In this document: positions 8,628 through 16,154 of the stretch, one piece after another
Position numbering within the stretch: position 1 is the stretch's first letter
Layout of the letters: the number at the start of each line of letters is the position of its first letter
NCBI GenBank assembly: GCA_017616695.1
Contig: JAFZXN010000054.1
Location: forward strand, 35,849-99,848
Direction: 5' to 3'
DNA: 64,000 nt
Source: Clostridia bacterium
GTDB taxonomy: Bacteria > Bacillota > Clostridia > Christensenellales > Borkfalkiaceae
Program-made: the position numbers and the translations under genes
The notes under the pieces: model-generated
Told to the model about the DNA's origin: nothing
The model's database searches: none
The model's input: the letters and a program-made list of their open reading frames with translations, nothing else

Positions 8628-10604
8628 ATGGATAATTATCAACTTGCCGTAAACACTCTGCGCGTTCTTTCGACAGAAGCTATCGATAAAGCCAAATCGG
8701 GCCACCCCGGCCTTCCGCTCGGCGCCGCCGACGTAGCTTTTACCCTCTTTGACGAATTTCTGACCTTTAACCCCAAAGATCCCAAGTTCGACAACCGTGA
8801 CAGATTCGTTCTTTCGGGCGGTCACGGCTCTATGCTTTTATATTCGCTGCTGCACCTATTCGGATACAAAGTATCTATCGACGACATCAAAAATTTCCGT
8901 CAGCTCGGCTCAATAACGCCCGGTCACCCCGAATACGGCGTTACGCCGGGCGTCGAAATATCCACCGGTCCTCTCGGTCAGGGTATCGCAAACGCCGTGG
9001 GTATGGCTATAGCAGAGCAAAGACTCGCCGCTCAATTCAACCGCGACGGCTTCCCCGTTTCCGACCATTATACCTACGCACTTTGCGGCGAAGGCGATCT
9101 TATGGAAGGCATCGGCTACGAGGCCTCGTCTTTGGCGGGCGCGCTTAAATTAAACAAGCTTATCGTTTTCTACGACTGCAATAAGATAACCATCGAAGGC
9201 TCGATCGACGGCGTTTTCGACGACGATATCGTAATGCGCCAAAAAGCCTTAAAGTGGAACGTTATCGAGATAGACGGCAACGACCATAACCAAATACGCA
9301 GAGCCATCAAAAAAGCCAAGGCGCAAACGGAAAAACCGACTATGATAATCTGCCGCACCGTCATAGGTTACGGCTCGCCGCTCGCAGGTTCGGCAAAGGT
9401 ACACGGTTCGCCCCTCGGCGCGGAAAATCTGCAAAAATTAAAGGATAATCTTGGCTGGACTTATCCGCCTTTCGAGTACCCGAATGAGATACGCCCGCTG
9501 CTTAACAAAGCTATAAACCGCGGTAAAAAAGCGCAAAAAGAATGGAAAGCCATGTTTGCCGCTTATAAAGAAAAATACCCAGAACTTGCCGAAAAATACG
9601 CAGTCTGGATGAGAAACGACCATCAAGACGTCAAGGAGGCTTTATCAAAACTCGACTTTTCGACTGCCGTCGCAACGAGAAATTCGGGAAGTATGGCGAT
9701 AAACGCCGTTGCGTCCGTCGTTGAAAACCTCTTCGGCGGCAGCGCCGACCTTACGCCGTCGAATCTGACGAAACTCGAAGGCCGCGGGTACTTTTCAAAA
9801 AACGACAGAAGCGGCTCCAATATTCAATTCGGCATAAGAGAACACGCTATGGGCGCAGTCGTAAACGGCATCATCGCTCACGGCGGCCTTACGGCTTATT
9901 GCTCGACTTTCTTCGTCTTCTCCGACTATATGAAAAACGCCGTTCGCCTTGCCGCCTTGATGAAGCTTCCCGCAATATACGTTTTCACGCACGACTCGAT
10001 AGGCGTAGGTGAAGACGGGCCGACTCATCAGCCCGTAGAACAATTAATAGCTCTCCGCTCCATACCCGGCATGGTGGTTTATAGACCTTGCGACACTATG
10101 GAAACGGCGGCGGCGTGGTATTCGGCGCTGAACAGCGACCACCCCACGGCTATCTGTCTTACGAGGCAAAAAGTCGAACCGCATTGTAAAGATATGGACC
10201 TTGCGCTTAAAGGCGCTTACGTCGTTTCCGATTCCGTAAAGTCCACGCCCGACGCTGTTATAATCGCAACAGGCTCGGAAGTTGACGTTTCCATATCGGC
10301 AAAGAAACTGCTTGAAAAAGAAAATATCGACGTTCGCGTCGTTTCCATGCCTTCAATGGAGATTTTCGAAAAGCAGACTGCCAAATATCGCGAAAGCGTT
10401 ATCCCCTCCAAAGTCAAAGCAAGAGTTTGCGTCGAGGCCGCGTCGCCGTATTCCTGGTATAAATACGCAGGCGATCACGGAACTATCGTAGCTATGAACG
10501 GATTCGGCGTTTCCGCAAAATATCAGCAACTGTTTGAAAAATTCGGTTTTACCGCCGAAAACATCGCCGAAAACGTTAAAAAATCTTTGGATTCTCTCAA
10601 ATAA
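8628..10604 (+). CDS. tkt: Transketolase
   Basis: 658 aa. SGHPG, GEGDLMEG (TPP-binding) and FTHDSIGVGEDGPTHQP motifs. Confidence 0.96.
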   Translation: MDNYQLAVNTLRVLSTEAIDKAKSGHPGLPLGAADVAFTLFDEFLTFNPKDPKFDNRDRFVLSGGHGSMLLYSLLHLFGYKVSIDDIKNFRQLGSITPGHPEYGVTPGVEISTGPLGQGIANAVGMAIAEQRLAAQFNRDGFPVSDHYTYALCGEGDLMEGIGYEASSLAGALKLNKLIVFYDCNKITIEGSIDGVFDDDIVMRQKALKWNVIEIDGNDHNQIRRAIKKAKAQTEKPTMIICRTVIGYGSPLAGSAKVHGSPLGAENLQKLKDNLGWTYPPFEYPNEIRPLLNKAINRGKKAQKEWKAMFAAYKEKYPELAEKYAVWMRNDHQDVKEALSKLDFSTAVATRNSGSMAINAVASVVENLFGGSADLTPSNLTKLEGRGYFSKNDRSGSNIQFGIREHAMGAVVNGIIAHGGLTAYCSTFFVFSDYMKNAVRLAALMKLPAIYVFTHDSIGVGEDGPTHQPVEQLIALRSIPGMVVYRPCDTMETAAAWYSALNSDHPTAICLTRQKVEPHCKDMDLALKGAYVVSDSVKSTPDAVIIATGSEVDVSISAKKLLEKENIDVRVVSMPSMEIFEKQTAKYRESVIPSKVKARVCVEAASPYSWYKYAGDHGTIVAMNGFGVSAKYQQLFEKFGFTAENIAENVKKSLDSLK

Positions 10605-10636
10605 AACGCAATAATTATGATCTGATCAACGCATTA

Positions 10637-10672
10637 TAAAAGGCAGACGCGAAATTTCGCCCTGCCTTTTTC
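10637..10672. terminator. Bidirectional rho-independent terminator (tkt, and the small minus-strand ORF)
   Basis: AAAAGGCAG-acGCGAaattTCGCc-CTGCCTTTTT; A-run before and T-run after the interrupted stem. Confidence 0.7.
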
Positions 10673-10690
10673 ATTTATATTATCGATGAT

Positions 10691-10828
10691 TTAAGGGTTT
10701 TTATCGTTGTCTTTGTTCTTGACGTCGGGAGTAATTGCTATAGCCGGCCTTTCGTCTTTTAAAGACATGATGTAATTAGCGTAATCGACTTCGGTCATAT
10801 TTCGTATCTTTTTCTTTTTTTTGCTCAT
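10691..10828 (-). CDS. Hypothetical 45-aa Lys-rich protein (below the track size cut-off)
   Basis: ATG preceded by GAGGTGG with 4-nt spacing. Translation MSKKKKKIRNMTEVDYANYIMSLKDERPAIAITPDVKNKDNDKNP. Followed by the bidirectional terminator at 10637-10672. No clear promoter, because it starts right after the dtd terminator. Confidence 0.3.
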   Translation of the reverse strand: MSKKKKKIRNMTEVDYANYIMSLKDERPAIAITPDVKNKDNDKNP

Positions 10829-10842
10829 ATAGCCACCTCGTT

Positions 10843-10871
10843 AAAAAATAAGCGACGATATCATCGCCGCT
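10843..10871 (-). terminator. Rho-independent terminator after dtd
   Basis: Sense strand AGCGGCGAT-gat-ATCGTCGCT (9 bp including one G-U) followed by TATTTTTT. Confidence 0.6.
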
Positions 10872-10913
10872 ATTATTTTTAACTTAAATGCAATTTTCTA
10901 TTCACTGAATCCG

Positions 10914-11351
10914 TCAGATATCGTAAATGATCGTAAACGGGCCGTCGTTTATCTGCTCGATAGTCATATCCCCGCCGAAAACGCCTTTTTTCGGTTTGAT
11001 ACCGTTAGCTAAGAGCGCGGTCAAAAAATATTCGTACATATCGTTTGCGGCTATCGGCTCTTCCGCGTAAGAAAACCCCGGTCGGTTTCCGTGAGAAACG
11101 TCGCCGATAAGAGTAAATTGCGACACCGCGAGTATCTCGCCGTTAACGTCTTTAACGGAAAGATTGGATTTGCCGTTTTCGTCGGGGAAGATCCTTAAAT
11201 TGGATATCTTTTTAGCCAAAATATCGGCAGCGGATCTTTCGTCGCCCTTTGCAACGCCGAAAAACACGACGAGTCCGTAACCGATCTCGGATACGAGCTT
11301 TCCTTCGCAATACAATTTAGCGCCTTTGACTCTTTGAACGACTGCTTTCAT
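10914..11351 (-). CDS. dtd: D-aminoacyl-tRNA deacylase
   Basis: 145 aa. MKAVVQRV start and SQFTL motif. Confidence 0.92.
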   Translation of the reverse strand: MKAVVQRVKGAKLYCEGKLVSEIGYGLVVFFGVAKGDERSAADILAKKISNLRIFPDENGKSNLSVKDVNGEILAVSQFTLIGDVSHGNRPGFSYAEEPIAANDMYEYFLTALLANGIKPKKGVFGGDMTIEQINDGPFTIIYDI

Positions 11352-11896
11352 AATCGATCGTAAAACCTCTTAAAAAATAATACTTTTTTAACGTAATCGG
11401 CGGTTTCTTCAAACGGCACGAAATATAAAGTCACGCCGTCTGAAGAATATCTTGGATCCGTAAGCCACTTTTTTACGTTTCCTTCGCCTGCGTTATACGC
11501 GCAAACGACGGTGTATTCGTCGTGGAATTTATCGAATAAATATTCGATATATCTGCAACCTGCGTTGACGTTCTTTATTTTATCGAATATGTCTTCTTTT
11601 TCGTATGAAAGCGAATACATATCCGAAACGAATCCGAACGTTGCGTCGGTAAGTTGCATTACGCCTTTTGCTCCTTTTTCGGAAACGGCAAGACTATCGA
11701 AATTACTTTCCACTTTGCACACGGCGAGAACGAGCGAAACTTCGACTGTGCTGCCGTTTAAGCAATTTTTGACTATTTTTCTGTATGAAAGGAAATTATG
11801 TGTAACATAAAAACAGACAAAAACAACGATTATTACAAGGATAATTGCAATTATTACGATTTTGTGACTATTGCGATACGACGATACTTTCAACAA
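11348..11896 (-). CDS. Membrane-anchored lytic transglycosylase (SLT domain) protein
   Basis: 182 aa. N-terminal TM helix and ESNFD...GAKGVMQL catalytic motif. TTG start overlapping the coaE end. Confidence 0.8.
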   Translation of the reverse strand: MLKVSSYRNSHKIVIIAIILVIIVVFVCFYVTHNFLSYRKIVKNCLNGSTVEVSLVLAVCKVESNFDSLAVSEKGAKGVMQLTDATFGFVSDMYSLSYEKEDIFDKIKNVNAGCRYIEYLFDKFHDEYTVVCAYNAGEGNVKKWLTDPRYSSDGVTLYFVPFEETADYVKKVLFFKRFYDRL

Positions 11897-12482
11897 CCTT
11901 TTTTACCCGCTCGATAAAGCTCGATCTGTCTTTATCGTTACGTATTATAGTATGTTCCGTAGCGGGCATATTATCATAATCGAATTGAGCCGATATTATT
12001 TTTTCTATAAATCCGGCGTTTTTACCGTCTCTTATTTCAACGCTTTTTATTCTTTCGCCCCTGTCTCTTAATATGACGATGACTCTGTCGAAATCGTTTT
12101 GCCTTCCGCTTTCAAATAGCAAAGGTATCTCGAAGAACGTGGTCTTCGTTTGGTTTTTGAAGATATTATCGATCTCTTCGTAGACGAGCTTGTGCGCGTA
12201 TTCGTTCAATTTGTTTCTCAAAACTTCGTCGTCGAACACTTTTTTCGACGCGGCGGCTCTGTCGAAAATTGCTTTATCATCAACATACAAAACGTCTATG
12301 CCGAGCAATTTCGAGCAAGCGACGGCGTTTTCTTCGCGACTTATAATTTCGGCGTAGATATCGTCGGCTGAAAATACGGGGTACCCGAGCGAAGAAATTA
12401 CTTTCATCGCAAGACTTTTGCCGCTCCCAATGCCGCCCGTAACGGCTACTTTAAGCTTTTTTTGAGCGTTATTTACAGTCAT
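11868..12482 (-). CDS. coaE: Dephospho-CoA kinase
   Basis: 204 aa. P-loop GGIGSGKS near the N-terminus. Conserved polA-coaE linkage. Confidence 0.9.
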   Translation of the reverse strand: MTVNNAQKKLKVAVTGGIGSGKSLAMKVISSLGYPVFSADDIYAEIISREENAVACSKLLGIDVLYVDDKAIFDRAAASKKVFDDEVLRNKLNEYAHKLVYEEIDNIFKNQTKTTFFEIPLLFESGRQNDFDRVIVILRDRGERIKSVEIRDGKNAGFIEKIISAQFDYDNMPATEHTIIRNDKDRSSFIERVKKVVESIVVSQ

Positions 12483-15021
12483 ACCAGTTAAAACTCTCCT
12501 TAACTTCGACCGTAAGCGGCACTTTAAGATCCGCGGCTTTTTCCATACATTCGGTAAGGATCGAACGCACCTCTTCCTTCTCGGAAATAAAGGCGTCGAT
12601 AACGAGTTCGTCGTGGACCTGAAGAATAAGCTTTGACTTTAAACCGCGCTCGTTCAAAGCGCGCCACACGTTTATCATGGCAATTTTCATTATATCCGCG
12701 GCGGAACCCTGAAGGGGCATATTCATCGCCACCCTTTCACCGAACGAGCGAAGATTGTAATTCGATGCGTTTATCTCACGAATAAAGCGTTTTCTGCCCA
12801 AAAAAGTCTGTGCGTAGCCGTTTTTGCGGGCAAATTCAACGTTTTTATCCATATACGCCTTGACTTCGGGGTAAGTTGCGAAATACTTTTCGATATATTC
12901 TTTGGCCTCTTTAGGCGAGATCTTCAGACTTTCCGACAAGCCGTAATCGCTTATTCCGTATATAATGCCGAAGTTGACGGCTTTGGCCTTTCTTCGCATA
13001 AGCGGAGTTACCTCCGACAAAGAAACGTTAAAAACGGTCGCCGCAGTCGCCGAATGTATATCTTTACCGTTTTTAAACGCGTCGATAAGCGCCTCGCACC
13101 CCGAAAACGCCGCCATGAGCCGCAATTCGATCTGCGAGTAATCGGCGTCTATCAGTATCCTGTCGTTCGATTTGGCGGAAAACAGCTTTCTGACTTCCTT
13201 GCCTTCGTCGTCGCGAACGGGGATATTCTGAAGATTGGGCTTTCTCGAAGAAAGTCTTCCCGTTGCCGTCTGCGCCTGAAAATAAGTCGTGTGGATAAGT
13301 CCGTTTCTGTCTATAAGCGGTCTGAACCCGTCTATATAGGTGGAAAGCAGTTTGTAATACTTACGATATTCGAGAATGAGCGGGATAATCTCGTGTTCGC
13401 CGACGAGTTTTTCAAGTATCTCGCTGTCGGTCGAATAGCCGCCCGTCTTTATCTTTTTGCCGTGCTTTAACCCGAGCTTTTCAAATAAAACAACGGAAAG
13501 CTGTTTCGAGGAATTGGGATTGACGTTTTCGCCCGCGACGGATTTTATCTTTTCAAGCAAAGCGTTACATTTTTCGGTATAAAGCTGCGACATATAATCG
13601 AGGTTTTCTTTGTCGACCTTGAAACCTTCGCGCTCGGTGTCGTAAAGCACAGAACTAAGCGGCAACTCGATATCGCGGTAAATAGCCTTTTCCTTGTCGT
13701 CGGCTTTTGAATAAAGCTTGTCAAAGAGGTCCGCGATAGCAAACGCAGGGCAGGTTTTGTCGTAACCGTAATAGGAAATAACGTCGGAAAGCGTCTCTTC
13801 TTTGCCCGAAAAATCGGCAAGATATTTGATAAGCAAAAGGTCTTCGATATCGGCGTTTACTTTAACGTTATTGTCGCTTGCAAGCTTTAACAGAGACTTT
13901 TTGCCGTATACGACGACGGTCAGATCATTTCGTTCAAGTAGCGGAAGAACGTGCGATAAAGCGTCCGAATAATCAAAACCTTCGTCAAAGAAGTTTTCGC
14001 GGATCTTTAAATAATACTCGTTGCCGTCGTAAGTGTAAAAACTTAAATTATCGTCGGTATTAAGCGCGATTTTGTCACTTTTTATGACGGCGGATAACTC
14101 AATTTCGGATCTTAATTCCACCTTGTTGACGCTTTTAAAGTCAACGGCCTTTTCTTCGCCGTTTTCGTTTGCAAAGAGTTCTTCGCGCTTCAACAGATTT
14201 CTGAATTCAAGCTTTGCGAAAATATCTTTTGCCGAGCTTTTGAAGGGAAAATCAAACTTAAAATCGTCTACCGAAAGCGGAATATCGACGTTCGTATCGA
14301 TTGTTGCAAGCGTTTTCGATAAAAAGCACGAATCCTTTCCGTCGATAAGTTTTTCTTTAAGCTTACCGGTGACGGCGGAAACGTTTGCGTAAAGGTTTTC
14401 AACGCTGCCGTACTCCGAAACGAGAGAAAGCGCGGTCTTTTCGCCGACGCCTTTGACTCCCGGGATATTATCCGAACTGTCGCCCATCAAAGCTTTCAGA
14501 TCGATTATCTGTTTGGGCGTTATACCCGTTTTTTCGACGAAATTATAAGCCGTGTATTCTTCGATATCGGATATCCCGCGGCGGGTAAAATAAACGCTCG
14601 TAGTGCCGTCGACAAGCTGAAAACTGTCCTTGTCGCCCGTATAAATAACTGTTTCGTAAGCATATTTTTTTGCGAGGGTGCCGATGATATCGTCGGCCTC
14701 TATCCCCGCGCACTCGTAGCGGCATACGCCGAGCGCGTCGAGAACTTCTTTTAAAAGCGCTACCTGCGGAACGAGCTCTTCGGGCATAGGTTTTCTCGTA
14801 CCCTTATAGTCGGAATACATTTCGTGACGGAAAGTCGGCTCTTTTCTGTCGAATGCAACGAGCATAAACGCGGGCTTTACGTCGCCTATCATCTTTACGA
14901 GCATGTTCAAAAACGCATATACCGCGTTTGTATAACGGCCGTTGGAATCGGTCATAAGCGGCGTTGCGTAAAACGCGCGGTTAATAAGACTGTTTCCGTC
15001 GATCAAAACAAATTTATCCAT
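12469..15021 (-). CDS. polA: DNA polymerase I
   Basis: The track ORF runs to 15114. I prefer the ATG at 15021 (MDKFVLIDGNSLINRAFYA, the usual 5'-nuclease N-terminus). Pol domain motifs DYSQIELR and QVHDELV are present. Confidence 0.93.
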   Translation of the reverse strand: MDKFVLIDGNSLINRAFYATPLMTDSNGRYTNAVYAFLNMLVKMIGDVKPAFMLVAFDRKEPTFRHEMYSDYKGTRKPMPEELVPQVALLKEVLDALGVCRYECAGIEADDIIGTLAKKYAYETVIYTGDKDSFQLVDGTTSVYFTRRGISDIEEYTAYNFVEKTGITPKQIIDLKALMGDSSDNIPGVKGVGEKTALSLVSEYGSVENLYANVSAVTGKLKEKLIDGKDSCFLSKTLATIDTNVDIPLSVDDFKFDFPFKSSAKDIFAKLEFRNLLKREELFANENGEEKAVDFKSVNKVELRSEIELSAVIKSDKIALNTDDNLSFYTYDGNEYYLKIRENFFDEGFDYSDALSHVLPLLERNDLTVVVYGKKSLLKLASDNNVKVNADIEDLLLIKYLADFSGKEETLSDVISYYGYDKTCPAFAIADLFDKLYSKADDKEKAIYRDIELPLSSVLYDTEREGFKVDKENLDYMSQLYTEKCNALLEKIKSVAGENVNPNSSKQLSVVLFEKLGLKHGKKIKTGGYSTDSEILEKLVGEHEIIPLILEYRKYYKLLSTYIDGFRPLIDRNGLIHTTYFQAQTATGRLSSRKPNLQNIPVRDDEGKEVRKLFSAKSNDRILIDADYSQIELRLMAAFSGCEALIDAFKNGKDIHSATAATVFNVSLSEVTPLMRRKAKAVNFGIIYGISDYGLSESLKISPKEAKEYIEKYFATYPEVKAYMDKNVEFARKNGYAQTFLGRKRFIREINASNYNLRSFGERVAMNMPLQGSAADIMKIAMINVWRALNERGLKSKLILQVHDELVIDAFISEKEEVRSILTECMEKAADLKVPLTVEVKESFNWYDCK

Positions 15022-15142
15022 AAAATTTTCCAAAATGATAAAAAACTGTTGCAAATCAAAAGCAATTATGTTATTATATCTATGCTTTTGATCGTCAATT
15101 ATATTATTGCACATTTCAAAGAAAAAATCAACCGTTTTTTAT

Positions 15143-15229
15143 GCCGCTGTGGCGGAATAGGCAGACGCAAGGGACTTAAAATCCCTCGGTGTAACAACCG
15201 TATCGGTTCGAGTCCGATTAGCGGCACCA
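15143..15229 (+). tRNA. tRNA-Leu (anticodon UAA), CCA encoded
   Basis: Hand-folded cloverleaf: acceptor GCCGCTG/TAGCGGC, anticodon stem AGGGA/TCCCT with loop CTTAAAA, long variable arm, T-arm ATCGG-TTCGAGT-CCGAT. 87 nt. Confidence 0.9.
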
Positions 15230-15235
15230 AAAACG

Positions 15236-15279
15236 AGCCCTATGAATACGTTTTCGTGTTCATAGAGCTTGTTTTTTTG
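15236..15279 (+). terminator. Rho-independent terminator after tRNA-Leu(UAA)
   Basis: CTATGAATACG-tttt-CGTGTTCATAG (11 bp, one G-U) followed a few nt later by GTTTTTTT. Confidence 0.7.
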
Positions 15280-15387
15280 TTCAGTAAGGACTCGAACCGT
15301 CGCGAGCGTGAGCGAGCCAATTATATAATGACTTTTGGTTTTGGCGTTAGCCAACTCAATGCGTCCCGCGCATTGCCAAAACGTCTG

Positions 15388-15408
15388 CGAGTCCGATCAG
15401 CGGCACCA
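15388..15408 (+). pseudogene. Orphan 3' fragment of a tRNA-Leu gene (T-loop half, acceptor 3' strand and CCA)
   Basis: CGAGTCCGATCAGCGGCACCA is 20/21 identical to the 3' end of tRNA-Leu(UAA) at 15209-15229 and to that of tRNA-Leu(CAA) at 18548-18568 (reverse strand). There is no matching 5' half upstream. Confidence 0.8.
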
Positions 15409-15410
15409 TG

Positions 15411-15446
15411 AAAAATTCCTCTTTTAATTCAAAAAGAGGAATTTTT
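15411..15446 (+). terminator. Terminator hairpin following the tRNA-Leu fragment (paralog of 18509-18546)
   Basis: AATTCCTCTTT-taattcaaa-AAGAGGAATT followed by a T-run. Confidence 0.6.
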
Positions 15447-15447
15447 C

Positions 15448-15628
15448 AATGAAGTCGCCGCCATTCGACGGCTAATGAAGAATGAAGTCGCTTCGCTAAT
15501 GAAGTCGCTCCTTACGGAGCTAATTGTTTATGTTTATTCGGCGACTTTGCTTCATCAGAGCGTTATGCTCGTCTTCATTAAGCACGAAGTGCTGTCTTCA
15601 TTAGTCGGTTTCGCCGACGTCTTCATTT
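15448..15628. repeat. Quasi-palindromic array of AATGAAG / CTTCATT heptamers with small hairpins
   Basis: AATGAAG at 15448, 15474, 15481, 15498. Reverse-oriented CTTCAT(T/C) at 15550, 15573, 15596, 15621. Hairpins GCTCCttacGGAGC, GCACgaagTGC and GTCGGtttcgCCGAC lie between them. Confidence 0.85.
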
Positions 15629-15671
15629 AAAGAATTGATATATTTTTAATACTATTAACAGAGGAAATAAT

Positions 15672-16016
15672 ATGCGAAATGACCAACTTTCCGCACAATC
15701 TATGGATTTTGCCGTTTCGATAATCGATCTCGTTAAAGAGCTTAAATCCAAACACGAAACCATCATTTCAAATCAAATCGGCAGGAGCGGAACTTCTATC
15801 GGAGCAAATATCCGTGAAGCTCAGTATGCACACGGAAAACCGGACTTTATATCAAAGTTGCAAATTGCTTTAAAAGAAGCAAATGAAACGGGCTATTGGC
15901 TCGAGCTGCTGCATAATACGGACTATATAGATGACAATTCATATAAAGCTCTTGAAACTGCCTGCACAAGCATTCGTGTTATGCTGATTTCTTCAATAAA
16001 TACCGCGAAAGAATGA
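15672..16016 (+). CDS. Four-helix-bundle protein (23S rRNA intervening-sequence protein / Avd-like family)
   Basis: 114 aa. Motifs QIGRSGTSIGANIREAQ and EANETGYWLELL are characteristic of this family (from memory). GAGGAA ribosome-binding site. Confidence 0.8.
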   Translation: MRNDQLSAQSMDFAVSIIDLVKELKSKHETIISNQIGRSGTSIGANIREAQYAHGKPDFISKLQIALKEANETGYWLELLHNTDYIDDNSYKALETACTSIRVMLISSINTAKE

Positions 16017-16052
16017 AGTCGCTCCTTTTTGGAGAAAAATTATATAAAATTC

Positions 16053-16080
16053 AACCCCCGACGGAACGTCGGGGGTTTAT
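16053..16080. terminator. Bidirectional terminator between the four-helix-bundle gene and glgB
   Basis: CCCCCGAC-ggaa-GTCGGGGG flanked by A/T runs. Confidence 0.7.
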
Positions 16081-16154
16081 AAAAAGGATTATTTAATTGA
16101 AAAAAGATTATATTATATCAGTGTTAATAATAAATCAATCAAACAATCATCGGG

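Noticed and set aside
14824-15411. 195-aa plus-strand ORF. The same applies to 15139-15354 (minus), 18435-19139 (plus), 18526-18720 (plus) and 18816-19040 (minus).
   Set aside because: These run through tRNA genes and the polA N-terminus. The GRTRTDTV-like peptides are simply translated tRNA sequence.
15475-15630. 51-codon ORF (MKNEVASLMKSLLTELIVYVYSATLLHQSVMLVFIKHEVLSSLVGFADVFI) running through the left heptamer array.
   Set aside because: There is no properly spaced SD. The open frame is a by-product of the AATGAAG/CTTCATT palindromic repeats. The equivalent right-hand array contains only 5-25 codon ORFs.
15672-16016. Diversity-generating retroelement, because the four-helix-bundle protein belongs to the Avd family.
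   Set aside because: There is no reverse transcriptase ORF anywhere in the window. There is also no template/variable repeat pair with adenine-specific differences.
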